Shown: positions 24,532-39,270 of the stretch, piece after piece
Layout of the letters: each line of letters starts with the position of its first letter
Position numbering within the stretch: the first letter of the stretch is position 1
Assembly (NCBI RefSeq): GCF_006345805.1
Contig: NW_021835036.1
Location: 1 to 43,465 of the forward strand
Length of the DNA stretch: 43,465 nucleotides
From: Octopus sinensis
Lineage: Eukaryota
Direction: 5' to 3'
The notes under the pieces: generated by a model
Databases searched by the model: none
What the model was told of the DNA's origin: nothing
What the model saw: the letters and a program-made list of their open reading frames with translations, nothing else
Made by a program: the position numbers and the translations under genes

Positions 24532-24906
24532 TATACTTCCAATGTTTTCGTTTCTTTTTTAATAACAATAGCAATTTAGGTTCAATACACAATATTCATA
24601 GTAAAACAAAACAAGTTTAGTGTACACATATATCCTTTAATGTATGAAATTTAGTACGCACCGAAATAAGTTTCATGAAAGAATATGCTTATTTGAAGCA
24701 CTGTAATCCTGGGCATGCTGAAGCAGTCTACACCTGTGTACGCACTCGCACACACACATACGTACACACAAACACGTTTACATAAACATGTACAACGAAT
24801 AATAGCTGTGTTTTCTCTATTTGAAAGATAGAACTGAAAATCTAATCAAGTGCCAGGTGAAAATCGGGATAACATAAATGTTCGAAAAGACTAGATAGTT
24901 CGAAAG

Positions 24907-24950
<44 letters not shown>

Positions 24951-26008
24951 ATATATATATATATATGTATATGTATATATATACATATATATATGTGTAT
25001 ATATATATATATACATATATATGTGTGCACGTATATGTATATACATATACACATATATATTGTAAAGCAGGATACGTGAGAGTATAGAGAGAAAATTAAC
25101 ATGGTGAATTCGTGACAACATAGAAGCCATGCAACAACATCAGAGGATTGGGATATATATATGTATATATATACATATATGTATGTATATATACATATAT
25201 GTGTATATATATATATATATGTATGTATGTATACGAACATAAATATATACCTATATACATGTGTACGTATATGTATATATGCGTATATATATATGTATAT
25301 ATATTATATATACATATACATAGACACACGCAGGAAAAAAAATAACAAGAGCACAGGCTATATACTCTACCATTTGTTCCTTTCGCTCAGGCTATGAAGG
25401 CAGAACAAAGAAAAAAAGTAAAGTAAATGTGATTATTCATACAAAAGGTCAATACGAAAAAAAAAGAAGAAATACAACAGGTGTGGGTGGCTAGATGTAT
25501 AAAGCGTTGGGTGCATAAAGGGGAGGTAAGAAACAGAAATAACAATCAATACATTTTGTGCGGGGAACGAACGTTGGCTCATTAACGTATTCATACGTAT
25601 TTGGGTTACTTACAGGCGAAATATTTTACAGTGTGTGTGTGTGAAAAACACACACACGCACAAACACAGAGGCACATATACTCACATATGTACAGACAGA
25701 AATGGAAATCATCGTGTACGTAACGTCGAGATCTTTCACTCCTTATAATACGAACGTTTGGGCATGTTACGTAATATAAACGTTTCATAATTCCACATCA
25801 TCAGCCGACATTTACAAAAATAAAGGCATATAAAAAATTGCCTAATATTTAGCGGTTGCCTTGGTTGACAGAATAAAAGCACCAAAATACAAAGAAATAG
25901 TGGGGCAGTATAAAAGAGAAAAGAAAACAGATAGAAAATGAGAGACAAAGTTGGGATACTTCTAGTTTAATTTCCCTTGTCTTCTTTGTGTTCTGTTGGA
26001 CTTTCCAG

Positions 26009-26116
26009 GATATTTCCGTAACAACTATACATATAGAAAACTTGTTTACATCATTTGATTTCAAAATATCGACGAATGAGCATGGGTTGCCGTTATCTTA
26101 CTTAACCACGAGAGAC
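26009..26116 (+). CDS. Candidate internal exon (DISVTTIHIENLFTSFDFKISTNEHGLPLSYLTTRD), product unknown
   Basis: Long pyrimidine tract ending ctttccAG, 108 nt, only frame 0 open, donor AC|GTATGT. Confidence 0.35.
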
Positions 26117-26315
26117 GTATGTATTTAATGCAATACATTATTAACTTTTGGCTTTGTGTATATCGCGATATTACTTGACATATCTTCCGAATAATCTTGC
26201 TAGCACTTGCTCCGTTATGACTCAACAACCACTAGGAGTGCAATATTAAACTCTTTGAAGCACTAAAGTAACACCTTCGGAAAAATTACAAATTTTGGTG
26301 AAATTCGTTTTTCAG

Positions 26316-26375
26316 GTCTATCTTAACCGTGGGAAAGCAGGAAAGACAGCAGAATTTAACGTATTCGAGATTTGA
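26316..26375 (+). CDS. Candidate terminal exon (VYLNRGKAGKTAEFNVFEI*)
   Basis: Acceptor ttcgtttttcAG 199 nt after the 26116 donor; phase compatible. Confidence 0.3.
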   Translation, partial: VYLNRGKAGKTAEFNVFEI

Positions 26376-27227
26376 TCGCTTGTCAACAACTCATGAAGAA
26401 CACCAGAACATCTGATTCTGCAAATGTACAGAGGAGATATTTTGATAGAAGACTAAATCACAAAATCAGATCTGTAAAACCCTTGATGAACAGTCATTTT
26501 ACTACTCACAGCAGGCCAACACATCCCCAAACATTTCAGCAAAGCATTACCCAATGGCGTGTAACATTTTAGCGATCATGGATGAGCCATTTAAATAAAA
26601 CAGGAAGAACATTTAATTTACCGACATTTAATTTTCAAACTCGGAATCATGTCACTAAAATGTATAAATGGCTGGTTTCTACTCCTTTCTACACTCCTAA
26701 TACAGAAAATCGTTTGCAAATATCATATTATTATTGAAATAGTTTACTACTTGTATGCCTGCAGATCTGAATTAGTTATTTTTTCTTTTTAGCATCAAAT
26801 ATACTTAATTTCCTTTAGGACTCCATATTTGAAACTGTGCAGTAAATTGTTTCGCAGGTATTTCCTATCTTCAAATGCTATGAACAGTAATCAGTTCGAC
26901 TCAGTATTTCAATTGTGTGAATACGTGAATTTTACTTGCCATTGAAATATTTGTATAGAGGGTGGGCTGTTCACGATCGAATAAATTATACATAATTTCG
27001 AGATTATAGGACGAATGTTAAACAAAACAAGTCACTAATGTTAGTGAGCGCCCTTGACTGTTCAGATGTTTATATATATATATGGAAAATAAGTCAAGGT
27101 AGAACATGCTTAACTGATTCTATCATTAAAAAAACATTTTAGTACCGGTTTCAGTCATTGTTAGTTTTTCAACTCTAAGTATGGAAAACGATTCAATTTG
27201 TGAAAAAATGAAATGAATACATATATG

Positions 27228-27266
<39 letters not shown>

Positions 27267-28763
27267 GGTGTGAGGGGACAAACGAAAGAATGGCACTCAT
27301 ATTTATTAGGAGATACATGTATCGATCAAAACAATTTGTTTCAAATTCCTTACTATTTTGAGATTCTAAGCGAGAGGCTAATCCTCAGGCATTGGTAATT
27401 TGAATTTCCAATGTCTGAGAATTAACATTCCGCTTTGAAACCTACAGTATCAAGGTATTTGAATCAAACTGTTTTGATACACACACACACAAACACAGAT
27501 ATATATATATATATAGATATACACCACGAGTAAATACACATGAAAGGGGACACGTTTGATACAACCTAAAGGAATTGAAACAAGAGTCTACAATATAATG
27601 TAAAACCCTGCCAGGTACTACGTTAAAAGAATATAACAAAATCAAGCGTGTAAAGAATATGCCTCAACGAAAAACTATTGGATTCCCCGAATGAACGGTG
27701 TCTCAGTGTGACACGTCATTTCATATATGTTTCATATATTTGCCTATCGGTAATTCCGCATATCTGTATGTCACTGCTGGTATTAATTTCCTTAAGCTGA
27801 CTCCCCATGAAAACAGTATTTTGAGATAAAACAAGAATTATATATATATATATATATATATTAATAAATATACGTTTAAAGAAAAATATAAGTATTGCGT
27901 TCGACAGGATCGACTAATTGCCTAAAGCCGTACTTGTTGGTGCCCCATTCATAAACGTTAATCAAAGACAGAAGCTATCCAAATATGCAAACCAGCTTAA
28001 GTTAATATCTGCTTATGTGTGTACACACACACACACAATTATGTGTGTGTTAGTGTTTCTGTATGTATGTGTATATATGGCTAGATATACACACAACTAT
28101 GTTTTATATCTACACAACAGCACGCCCATACAGAGTTTTATATTGTAATTCTCTTCACGTGTTGTGTTTGGTAGAATATCTCATATGCGATATACGCATC
28201 GTATTCGGTTCGTGTAACATTGTGAAATGATTTTCATTAACATAGTTCTACTATTCACCAAAATACAATGTAATTATTTATCTTTCAGTTTATCTGTGGT
28301 TTACAATCAAAAGCAATACCGCACCGTTGCATATGTACATAATATAAACTGTGATCCGGTTACCTGTTTCATCCCTATATTTTACAGTATTTATTCTATG
28401 GGGTGAATGCGTTTAGAGCACTCATACCTGCAACAATACATTAATGCACGCCATATAAGATCTATAGCACTTGTGAAGCTGTACATTGCATTAAAAATAA
28501 AAGAAACACGAGCGTACAAAGCCGAAAATCTAGATTGTTCTTATATAATGCATTAACAGAGGAAATACATTTAACTTCAATTAAAGTGTATATAAGTGTG
28601 GGTGTGGGTGTGGGTGTGCGCGTGAGGGTGAGATGAGCGTGTTTGTGTGTTTGTATGTCTTACTTATATACTTATATGCTCATATGCTCACAGTTATCTT
28701 CAAATACTCACAAACACACACACACACACGCACATATATATAAAGAGAGAGAAGTATATATAC

Positions 28764-28809
<46 letters not shown>

Positions 28810-28868
28810 AAGATACATGCATATACATATATAATATATATATATATATATATACATGTATATATATA

Positions 28869-28903
<35 letters not shown>

Positions 28904-29098
28904 GATATATAATTATATATATATATATATATATATAGATATATATATATATATATATACGCACAAATACGTAGACACACACCTTACAGATATATACAGA
29001 TACATATGTATATCTATATGCGTATATACACGTATATATAAGTATATGTTGAGATATAGATACATATTAATATACATATACAAGTGTTTACCAAAATG

Positions 29099-29133
<35 letters not shown>

Positions 29134-29469
29134 TGTGTAATTATGAATGGAGAAGGGATAGAGAGAGACCAGGACATAAAAAATATAGTTTGTAAGATAC
29201 CCAAGTTACCATAATTGATTTTCTGTTTCGCAATTAAACTTCTGTGAGTAACAATTAAGTTAAAAATCAAATATGTATTTATAGACAAAAGATATATAGT
29301 CAGGTGACTTGTCAGACATACATACATACATACATAAGGATATATGAAAACGTTAGTAGATGAAATCAATATTAAGTAGATTCAGATAAACATAATATTA
29401 CATAGCTGAATAGAATTTCATCTCGATCTGATAATGAGCAGTACGGCATCGGAAGATATATATACATGC

Positions 29470-30310
29470 ATATATATTTGTTTGTGCGTGTGTGTGTGTG
29501 TGTGTGTGCGTCAGTTTGTGTGCATATGTGTGTGCGTGTTTGTATGCATGTGTGTTTATGCGTGTGTGCGCGCGTGAGTGTGGTTGCATGTGTGTGTGCG
29601 TGTGTGAGAGTGTATGTGTCTGTTTGTGCGCGTATGTGTGTGCGTGTGTGTGTGTGCGTGGATGTATGTGTGTTTATGCGTGTGTGCGCGCGTGAGTGTG
29701 GTTGCATGTGTGTGTGCGTGTGTGAGAGTGTGTGTATGTGTGTTTGTGTGCGTATGTGTATGCGTGTTTGTACGTTTGTGTGTATGTATGTGTGTTTATG
29801 CGTGCGTGCGCGCGTGAGTGTGGTTACATGTGTGTGTGCGTGTGTGGGAGTGTGTGTGTCTGTTTGTGCGCGTATGTGTGTGCGTGTTTGTACGTTTGTG
29901 TGTATGTATGTGTGTTTATGCGTGTGTGCGCGCGTGAGTGTGGTTGCATGTGTGTGTGTGTGCGTGTGTGAGAGTGTGTGTGTGTATGTATTTGTGCGCG
30001 TATGTGTGTGCGTGTTTGTACGTTTGTGCGTATGTATGTGTGTTCATGCGTGTGTGTGCGAGTGAATGTGGTTGCGAATGTGTGTAGGAATATATATATG
30101 TTTGTGTGTGTGTCTGTGTCTGTGTGCGTGTGAGTGTGGTTGCGAGTGTGTGTGTATGAATATATGTGTGTGTTTGTATATTTGTGTGTGCGTGCGTATG
30201 TGTTTTCTTGCTGTGTGTGTCTCTCTTTGTGTGCATATGTTTGTTCATGAGTGTGTGTACGCGTAACCAGGGTTGCGTGTGTATGTATGAATATGTATGT
30301 GTGTGTGTGT
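29470..30310. repeat. GT-rich minisatellite with ~120-bp higher-order unit
   Basis: Marker gcgcgcgtgagtgtggtt(g/a)catg recurs with its gag at 29576, 29694, 29816 and 29936, and in degraded form near 30060. Confidence 0.9.
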
Positions 30311-30864
30311 ATTGATACATGCACACGTTTACCACGAAAGAATTAAAACATAAAGAAAGCAAAAGATATTTTTTTCTCATGATAAATACGTAGATATCTT
30401 AATCTAATTGTGTATATTCCAATAATTATAGCTGAATCCATGAATTAAATGGTACAGAAAATTCATTATAGAGATTTACTTTCGAGTGTTTTTTTTTCTG
30501 CAAACAAGTAGCTAGATGCACACATACACACACACACACACACACATGCTCGCACACACATTCGTCTACACCCCCATCTGTGTTTGTGCGTTTTCGTGTG
30601 ATGTGACGTGGTGTGTGAGTGTGTGTGCGTGTGTGCGTGTTCACGAATACATAAGTTGACGTAGAGTTTCTTAACACATTTTCAAATATGTTAAACCAAT
30701 CCAAAACACATTAACTGACAATGAAATATCACCTCGCAGTAGATATATATTATCATTTTTCTTGATTTTCGTGTTGATCTTTGTCACTTCAGTGTTTCGT
30801 ATACGGAAAACTTTTCCAAATATATCGGACGAAATATGTGTGTGTGTCTTTACATGCGGTTGTC

Positions 30865-31050
30865 ACCTACCATCGCTTGACAACCGATGGTCTTGTGTTT
30901 ATGTCTCCGAACCTCATTCGTTTGGAAAAAACAGCACGTAGAATAAGTACTAGGCTTACAGACAATAAGTATTGGGCTCGATTCCTTCAACTAAATATGG
31001 TCTCAACTAAACAGCATGGTCGGAGACAAGTGGCTGAAATATGTAAAACA
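30865..31050 (+). mobile_element. SINE family B, 3' portion
   Basis: ccatcgcttgacaaccgatg..gtgtttatgtctccg..tagaataagtactaggcttaca..cagcatggtcggagacaagtggctgaaatatgtaaaa; matches 4797-4930 in reverse. Confidence 0.75.
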
Positions 31051-31058
31051 GTAGAAGA

Positions 31059-31102
<44 letters not shown>

Positions 31103-31119
31103 AATTATATATATATACA

Positions 31120-31170
31120 TTCTTTTATCCTTTTACTTGTTTCAGTCAGTTCACTGCGCCCCTGCTGGAT

Positions 31171-31207
<37 letters not shown>

Positions 31208-31350
31208 GAGTGTGTGTGAGATTGATAGATATATTGATAGGTAAATAGATAGATAAATATATAGATAGATGTTATGTCAACCTTTTTCTTTTATCTTTTA
31301 CATGTTTCACTCATTGGATTGCGGCCATGTCGTAGCACACCATTGAATTG
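31120..31350 (-). mobile_element. Two isolated SINE-B/LINE-type 3' tails (31122-31170 and 31285-31350)
   Basis: ttttacttgtttcagtca..ctgcgccctgctgg and ttttacatgtttcactcattggattgcggccatgtcgtagcac. Confidence 0.6.
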
Positions 31351-32384
31351 AAATCGAATAAGTGGCCTTATGAATTCTACAGTTCAAGAAGAAAAAAACC
31401 TTTGATATGACAAATAGAATACAAGTAGACATCGATTATACGGACGAGAAATTTGACGAGTGTTTCTCGAGAATCTGATAGCACGGATAACTGATCGGAT
31501 CATAAAAGAATTTAAAGCAACAGAACCATGACAGTATGAAATATTCCTCGGACAATTGATGTCCGGATAAACCGAGTTTATGATTGAATATTCTATATCA
31601 TGGTTATACACGTTTACTGCTTGGGAAATTCTTATGATATGTCCAATAATAACCTAATCAATCTTCTTGATAAACCCGGTACAGACAGATTCTAGGAGAG
31701 GACTGTAAACCAAGAATTTCAACATAAATCTCATAGCTTAAAATAAGTAATGTGTTACATTCCCGATGATATTTCGTTGTGCTCTGTAAGAGGGTAAACA
31801 GGTAGATTTGTTAAATCGTCGGTTAAAATGTCTTGCAGTGTTATATTCTGACACGTTACGTTCCGAGATCCAATTCTGGCAAAGTTGAATGTGCTTTTCA
31901 AAATGTCGCTTCTGATAGAATAAAGTACCATTGAAGTGATGGTGTTGTTATAATTAACATACATACTTGCTAAAATCTGCTAGCTTTGTGACAATATTTG
32001 AAACTCTCGTATAATACTACATAAGAGCAAGATGGCAGAATCGCTTGATCGTGGAAAAAATCCTTGCAACATATATTTTACTATTAACATTCTGAGTTTA
32101 ACTCCCGTGAACGTAGACTTGGCATTTCTAGGCCCGCGAAATTTATTGCGAGTTCTTCACTGTGGGGAGGCGTTGATATTGATTAAACCACTTAATAAGG
32201 CTTTTCTTATGTCTAAATCAGAAAGTATTACATGACATCGCAGATAATGGTTTTAATTATTCACATAAGACCAGCAATTTTTAGGGGAAGTTAACCGCAG
32301 CACTAAAGTCAATTGCAAGAGAATTTTTCAATTCAAATCCTAAACTGCTGGGAGAAATATCGCTAAGTATTATGTCCAGCAAGT

Positions 32385-32630
32385 GGAGGCGCGTGGTTTA
32401 GTGGTTGGGGCGTCAGCATCATGATCGTAAGATTGTGGTTTCGATTCCTGGACCGGTCGACGCGTTGTGTTCTTGAGCAAAACACTTCATTTCACGTTGC
32501 TGCAGTCCACTCAGCTGGCAAAAATGGGTAACGCTTCTATGGACTGGCGTCCCATCCAGCTGGAGAATACATACATCACGGAAACCGGGCCCATGAGATT
32601 GGCTAGGCTTTAAAAAGGGCGCATTTATTT
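32385..32630 (+). mobile_element. tRNA-derived SINE family C
   Basis: A box gtggtttagtgg, B box ggtttcgattcc, central gttgtgttcttgagcaaaacactt, and 3' atggactggcgtcccatccagct..ctaggcttt shared with 41898-42130. Confidence 0.85.
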
Positions 32631-33567
32631 TATTATGTCAAGCGTACCAACAATTCTACCAGCAATTCGCGGTCTTTGTCAATTTAACTATTATAAGGTT
32701 ACTTTATACCTGGAAATTATACATCAGCTTAACGTCTAACGTATAATCACCGCTCAACTAAAATGCATTCTTGCCACTTCACCTCTCTCTTTCTCTCTCC
32801 CCACTTTCTCTCCCTACCCCGCCCTCTCACTATCTCTCTCTTTTCTCTCTCTCACCCCCTCTCGCTGCTTCAATTTTTTTCTAAATATACAGGTTACTAC
32901 TATTTTCGCTTTTTCTATGAGCAAAAATGTAAGCCTAAATGATTAAGTAAAAGCCTTTGATTTCTTTTTCTTTATGATTCGTTAACCCATTTTAATGCAT
33001 AGTAATTCTTCAACGCTTTGAACCTTGGATTTTTAATGATGGCAGAAGCGACAATAATGGTCCTGAGTATTAGTGCATTAACATATCACGATATAAGGTA
33101 AAGCGCTCGACCTGCCATTACGAAACTAAGTTCTTGTTAATGGGAAATTGATTATGTAAAATATACATGTAATTAATAAAGAAATTCCGTGAAATATTAC
33201 ACATTTATAATGCCATTAAAAGGCCTTAGTAAAATGTAATAACTAATTCGCCTTTTCGTATGGTTTATACATCGAATTAATTATTTTTTCTAGCCTTATA
33301 AAAATATAATTATAAAAATATAAACCTAGCTTTTTAAAGCTATTATTAAAATACATCTATAAATCGATATGTGACTTTGATGTATACATAATTATAAAGT
33401 ACTTAACAATTAAATCGTTTAATCAATTACAAACTAGAAACAATTTGAAATTTTCGATCGAATCAATTATTTCAAATAACCAATTATAACTAAAATAAAC
33501 CATTCCTATAATATTTACACACGCATATGGGCATTCGGTTTTTATTGTCTTGTTTTAGAATTTCGTT

Positions 33568-33690
33568 TGGCAGAATCGCTAACGCTACGGAAAAGCTCAT
33601 TGTTGTCTATATTCCGGTTGTTTATTTTCTTTCTGAGTTCAAATCATGACTATGGAAATTTTCCATTTGGGGTAGATAATAAAAAGAACG
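33568..33690 (+). mobile_element. Highly degraded SINE family A
   Basis: tggcagaatcgctaacg ... ttctgagttcaaatc. Confidence 0.45.
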
Positions 33691-33929
33691 ATGTGGGGAG
33701 TGTGTAAATCTTCCTGGCTTTGAGGGTGTCACGAAAGGCTTGGTTGGAGTTCTAACATTCTGAGTTCTTCTATAGGGCTTAGAAAAATTGAAGGACCGTT
33801 GCAATGAATGTGTGAATCTGAGAGGGGAATAAGTTGGACAGAATCATAATCATCTGATCCTCCTATATTTTCTTTTGGCCAAAGCCTGGAAGTGTTTGGA
33901 ATCCCTTCGTTCTCAGGTGGATAACTGTT

Positions 33930-34136
33930 TCTTTTTCATAATCCCTCTATTACTCTCTATCTCTCTCTCACCCTATTTCTCTGTACCAATCTGCCAGTCT
34001 CGCCCTCCACCTGCTTGTCTCTCTCTTTCTCTCTTCTGCGTGCCTGTCTGTCTCACTCCTTCTCTTGTCTCTCCGCCTGTCCACCTGTTAGTCTCCCTCT
34101 CAATCCTTCTCACTCTTTCCATTTCCGTGTTCCAGG
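33930..34136. repeat. ~200-bp pyrimidine-rich low-complexity tract
   Basis: Directly visible C/T strand bias, ending in ttccAG. Confidence 0.85.
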
Positions 34137-34852
34137 CATCGGGGAATTATGGACTTCAGTACTCAGTAAATATCAATGACATTTCTTGAGAAATCTGCAG
34201 TTTTGTTTCTCTGTTCCATTCGTCAATGCGTTACAATTTACTTCTGCATAGGGCTTGTATAAATTTTAGGAAGAAATTTGTAAACGTGACATCAAGTTAT
34301 TTCGTCATTCATTTGGAAATATATAACATGTGTCCAGAAGCCCTCTTATATTCTAGTTCTGTTTGTCTTACGTACACAACTCATAACTGATTTCCGGACA
34401 AGAGGGAATTTGACTAAAGTTGCAACGAACGCGTAACTCCACAATCATTAAAACTCACAAAATGGTGGTCTTCAAGTAATTGCAGCATAAAGTATTGCCG
34501 AGGCCAGTACTTGAAGTGATTTCCAGAAACCCACGCCAGAAAGTAGCTGATTGCATATTTCGCACATTTTGTAATCTGAACATCTGCCCCACCCACCAAG
34601 AACCAGAACTAATATTAGAATCCGTCTTCACCAACAGTTAATTATCGCTACTTTTATTAGTCCCCATAAAGTTTTTCACACATTTACAATACAATTTCAG
34701 CAGATACATACATAGATATATACATATACACACGCATGAATTAAATAAATAAATAGATAAATATATATATATATATATACATACGTACATACATGCACAC
34801 ATATGTACATACATGCATTCAAACACGCACACACACACTCACAGACACACAG

Positions 34853-34891
<39 letters not shown>

Positions 34892-35368
34892 ATATGTGTA
34901 TGTATACATACATACACAGATTCATGCTGGCTGCAAGTAGTACGTGTTCAGGGAACTTACAACTGATGCTAACACATGTTTTAATTCCATCATAGACATT
35001 TTCATTCAGCACTTTGCATAAAGTAGTTCAAAACCTAACATACAAGACCTGTATCTGAAGATCTTAAAAGTGAGGGAATTACTTTCAGTGGAGCTAATCC
35101 CTCTTACATACATTCACACATATACATATATACATATATACACACATACACACACAAATACATACATACATACATACACATATATATATACATATATATG
35201 CATGCATGCATACATACATACACACATAGATGCATGCATACATACATACTTACATACATATACACGTATGGGTAGGATCGAAAGAATAGGCCTCGATTAA
35301 AGACGTTTTTTAAGACATGCTAGACAATTTCAAAATTCGACATCCTTACTACAAAAGATAAGAGGACG

Positions 35369-35668
35369 TGAGACACACTAAACAATGAATACAGAAAGGC
35401 TACATCAAGCACAGACACAAAAGTCCATAGAAAGACCCATGTTAGGATCACCGTGGAGTGAATACTTTCAAAATGAGGTAATACGTGAAACGAGGTCAGT
35501 CAAATATGTGCTCACGCAATAGTGAAATTACAACATATGCTTGCCAGGACATATTGCAAGACTAAGATGGACTTGTGCACTTTTTGATTAGAATCCAAGA
35601 TCAGACACAAAAAGATCTCCGAATGGTTGAGTAGATGATTTTCAAAGAATTGCAGATTCGAAGTGCGG
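35369..35668 (+). mobile_element. RTE-type LINE ORF C-terminal fragment, decayed
   Basis: AQTQKSIERPMLGSPWSEYFQNEVIRETRSVKYVLTQ**..PGHIARL..D*NPRSDTKR..VDDFQRIA fits the RTE pattern MERxMLG...NExIRxRT...AGHIAR...WxPR...DD. Confidence 0.75.
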
Positions 35669-35777
35669 AAACAGAACAGGGTTTATAGGATAAGGGTTTT
35701 GAATACATGGAGATTGATTTGAGTGTAAGATGTATTATATGTTATAGCATTTGATAACGTCGTAATAAAGTTTAACA

Positions 35778-35854
<77 letters not shown>

Positions 35855-35892
35855 CGTGTGTATATATGTATACACACGCATACGTACATACA

Positions 35893-35925
<33 letters not shown>

Positions 35926-35932
35926 GTATATG

Positions 35933-35963
<31 letters not shown>

Positions 35964-35981
35964 AATATATATATATATATA

Positions 35982-36024
<43 letters not shown>

Positions 36025-36219
36025 CATTGCATTCATGAATAACCCATTGAGAAAGGGTCGATCTGTAATTCGTGGATATTCATGTACATAAATAGACATG
36101 TGTGTTTAGTGGATCCTGAAGGATAGGGAGAAGTCTATCTTAATACAGACACTCCTAGATATCGTAGACAAGGTCAAACTTGTTCACCAACAGGAAAGAA
36201 CCGTTAGAGAGAGAATAGA

Positions 36220-36915
36220 GCTGTGGAAAGCATAAAGACAAATCGTAAAGTTTTCTTTAAATTCGCAAAGGGGACAGCCAGAATGCGATATAAAATATGA
36301 CCATTGTTCAAAGGGACTGATTCTCAAACCGCAGACCCAGTAAGGATAAGGGGGATAATCAGCGAACAATTTGAAAGTGTCTTCATTTCCCTTTCTTGGA
36401 CACATGCAGATATTTAAAAAAAACCGGTTGAATTCTTTAATATTTCAGTTGTAAAAATGGAGGTGCCAATCATCGATTACCTCAGCAATGAGAAAACTGG
36501 GGCAACAGCGGCCATAGGTGAAATGAGCTAATGCTCTACAACTGGTCCTGATGGCCTCCAAGCTATTCTCCCGAAGAAGTCACGTATGCAGACTTTATCA
36601 AAACCACTTCAGATACTCTTCCAAAGTTTCCTTTCAGGGGGTAAACTTACGGAAATTCTGAAAGAAGGCATTATAAGCTCTATCCACAAAGGTTCAAGCA
36701 GAGCAGAAGCCAAAAACTACAGACCAATCTCTCTCTGACTTTACGTATCAGTAAAGTCATGGAAAAATCCGCCTCGCCACAGTACCGAAAGATGCATGAA
36801 ATAGACCAACAGCGAGGACAAAGTAAAATGCAGGAGTGATGATGTGAAAAATCACAGAGTAAGGAAATCAGAATGAACACTATGGAGGTCCAGCATGACC
36901 GCAGTCACATAGCTG
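36220..36915 (+). mobile_element. CR1/L2-type LINE, decayed ORF2 pre-RT region joined to the 3' tail (RT core deleted)
   Basis: AVESIKTNRKVFFKFAK..IISEQFESVF..GPDGL..LSKPLQILFQSF..IHKGSSRAEAKNYRPISL..SKVMEK, then about 115 bp later the tail tccagcatgaccgcagtcacatagctgaaatgagtagaa. Confidence 0.85.
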
Positions 36916-36992
36916 AAATGAGTAGAACAGATGTATAAATATATGCAAATTTGTATCTGAATATGCATACACACACAAACACACACACACAC

Positions 36993-37034
<42 letters not shown>

Positions 37035-37080
37035 TATACGAAAATATTTTATATATATCTATACGTATACCAACCCACAT

Positions 37081-37081
37081 T

Positions 37082-37179
<98 letters not shown>

Positions 37180-37200
37180 CATCTATATATCTATCTATCT
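37081..37200. repeat. (TCTA)n microsatellite
   Basis: Directly visible. Confidence 0.95.
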
Positions 37201-37251
37201 ATATATATATATATATGTATGAATATATATACCTACATATATATAAATGTA

Positions 37252-37293
<42 letters not shown>

Positions 37294-37493
37294 GTGTGTG
37301 TGTGTGTGTTGTGTGTGTGTTTTTGTGTGCATGTGGTTGCATTTGTACATATATAATATATATATACATACATAATTACGGATATATCAGAGAACTATTA
37401 TTCACTTAATCGAAAGTAAACATTTTAATAAATATTAGCTGTTTACTCAACATTCCTAAAGAAACATTACTCTATTATATAACACACACCATA

Positions 37494-37545
<52 letters not shown>

Positions 37546-37556
37546 ATATATATGCG

Positions 37557-37588
<32 letters not shown>

Positions 37589-37594
37589 TAAGTA

Positions 37595-37633
<39 letters not shown>

Positions 37634-37759
37634 CCTACTTACCTGCTTACAGTTATGCTCATAAATATATGCACTCAAATTTTATCTGCATTCTCACAAA
37701 CATTTAAATACTTACAGGCATGCGTGTAAATTTATAATATAATATATATTGATACGCAG

Positions 37760-37802
<43 letters not shown>

Positions 37803-37853
37803 TTCTCTTCACTCACAAACATATGTATTTGTATGAGCGTACGTGTGTTCGTG

Positions 37854-37901
<48 letters not shown>

Positions 37902-38615
37902 ATATATATATATATATATACATATATCCAAATATTTGTGCTTCTTTGTTTTAATGTAAGCCATGTCATTATCTGACTCTATTTAGCTTAATGGAAAAAT
38001 AACCAATGACGAATGTTCTTGATATAATGTTTTAAATTAATTAGTTTATCGTTTCAAGCTAAGATCCAAATTTAATCAGTATTTAATTCTTAAAACATAT
38101 CAAATATAAACAATTTATATTATATTCCATTATTCCATAATCTATTGGAGAAGAGTTTTCAGGGCAACTAGCTAAAACTGGAGTGACTTAAAATTTTAGC
38201 TTACCGCCATTTTGATAATCTTTTTCGTTTTTATTATTGTTATGTTTATGTGTGGTATTTGATAGAAATTTATTTCTCCTCAGATACATATGTAACTAAG
38301 TGCAATGAAATTGGTATATATACATATATATATATACACTCACAGACACATATGTATGTATATATCTATATCTATAACTATATATATAAACTTACATGTA
38401 AATATATATACATGTATATACATGCATATACACTGAAGCACAGACTCTCACGGACGGATACACGCACACATATATATGCATCTACGTATATATATGTGTG
38501 TGTGTTTGTCTTCGTATACGTGTATGTGCGAATATGTTCATATACATAAATATAAATATATTTAAAATGTATATATATATATATAAGTATGTATGTATAT
38601 GTATACATATGTATG

Positions 38616-38646
<31 letters not shown>

Positions 38647-38785
38647 GTGTGTATAAATATATATATATATGTGTGTGTGTGTATATATATATATGTGTAT
38701 GTGTGCATTTGCATATAAAAGAATATGTGGCAGCTACTCACACATAATTAAGGGCGTTATGTGTGCATGTACATATCAGTGTCAC

Positions 38786-38825
<40 letters not shown>

Positions 38826-38830
38826 TGTTT

Positions 38831-38873
<43 letters not shown>

Positions 38874-39204
38874 AGTGTGTGTGTGCGTGTTTGTGTATCT
38901 GTATGATTGCGACTTGTACCTGGGGAAAAGAGGAAAGACCTGTATCGCAGTACTTGTACGTTTTCTAAGCTCATTTTTCATTATTTCCTCTGAGAGGAAT
39001 AGCAGTCAAGAACATATGTACAATACAAGTACAAACACACACACACACACACACACACATACACACACACACACACACACGTGTGTATATATATATATAT
39101 TATATATATGTATATATATATATACGTGCGTGTGTGTTCATGCGTGAGTGTTCATATCTATAAAGATATACACATACACATACATATATTTATACACATA
39201 CATT

Positions 39205-39270
<66 letters not shown>

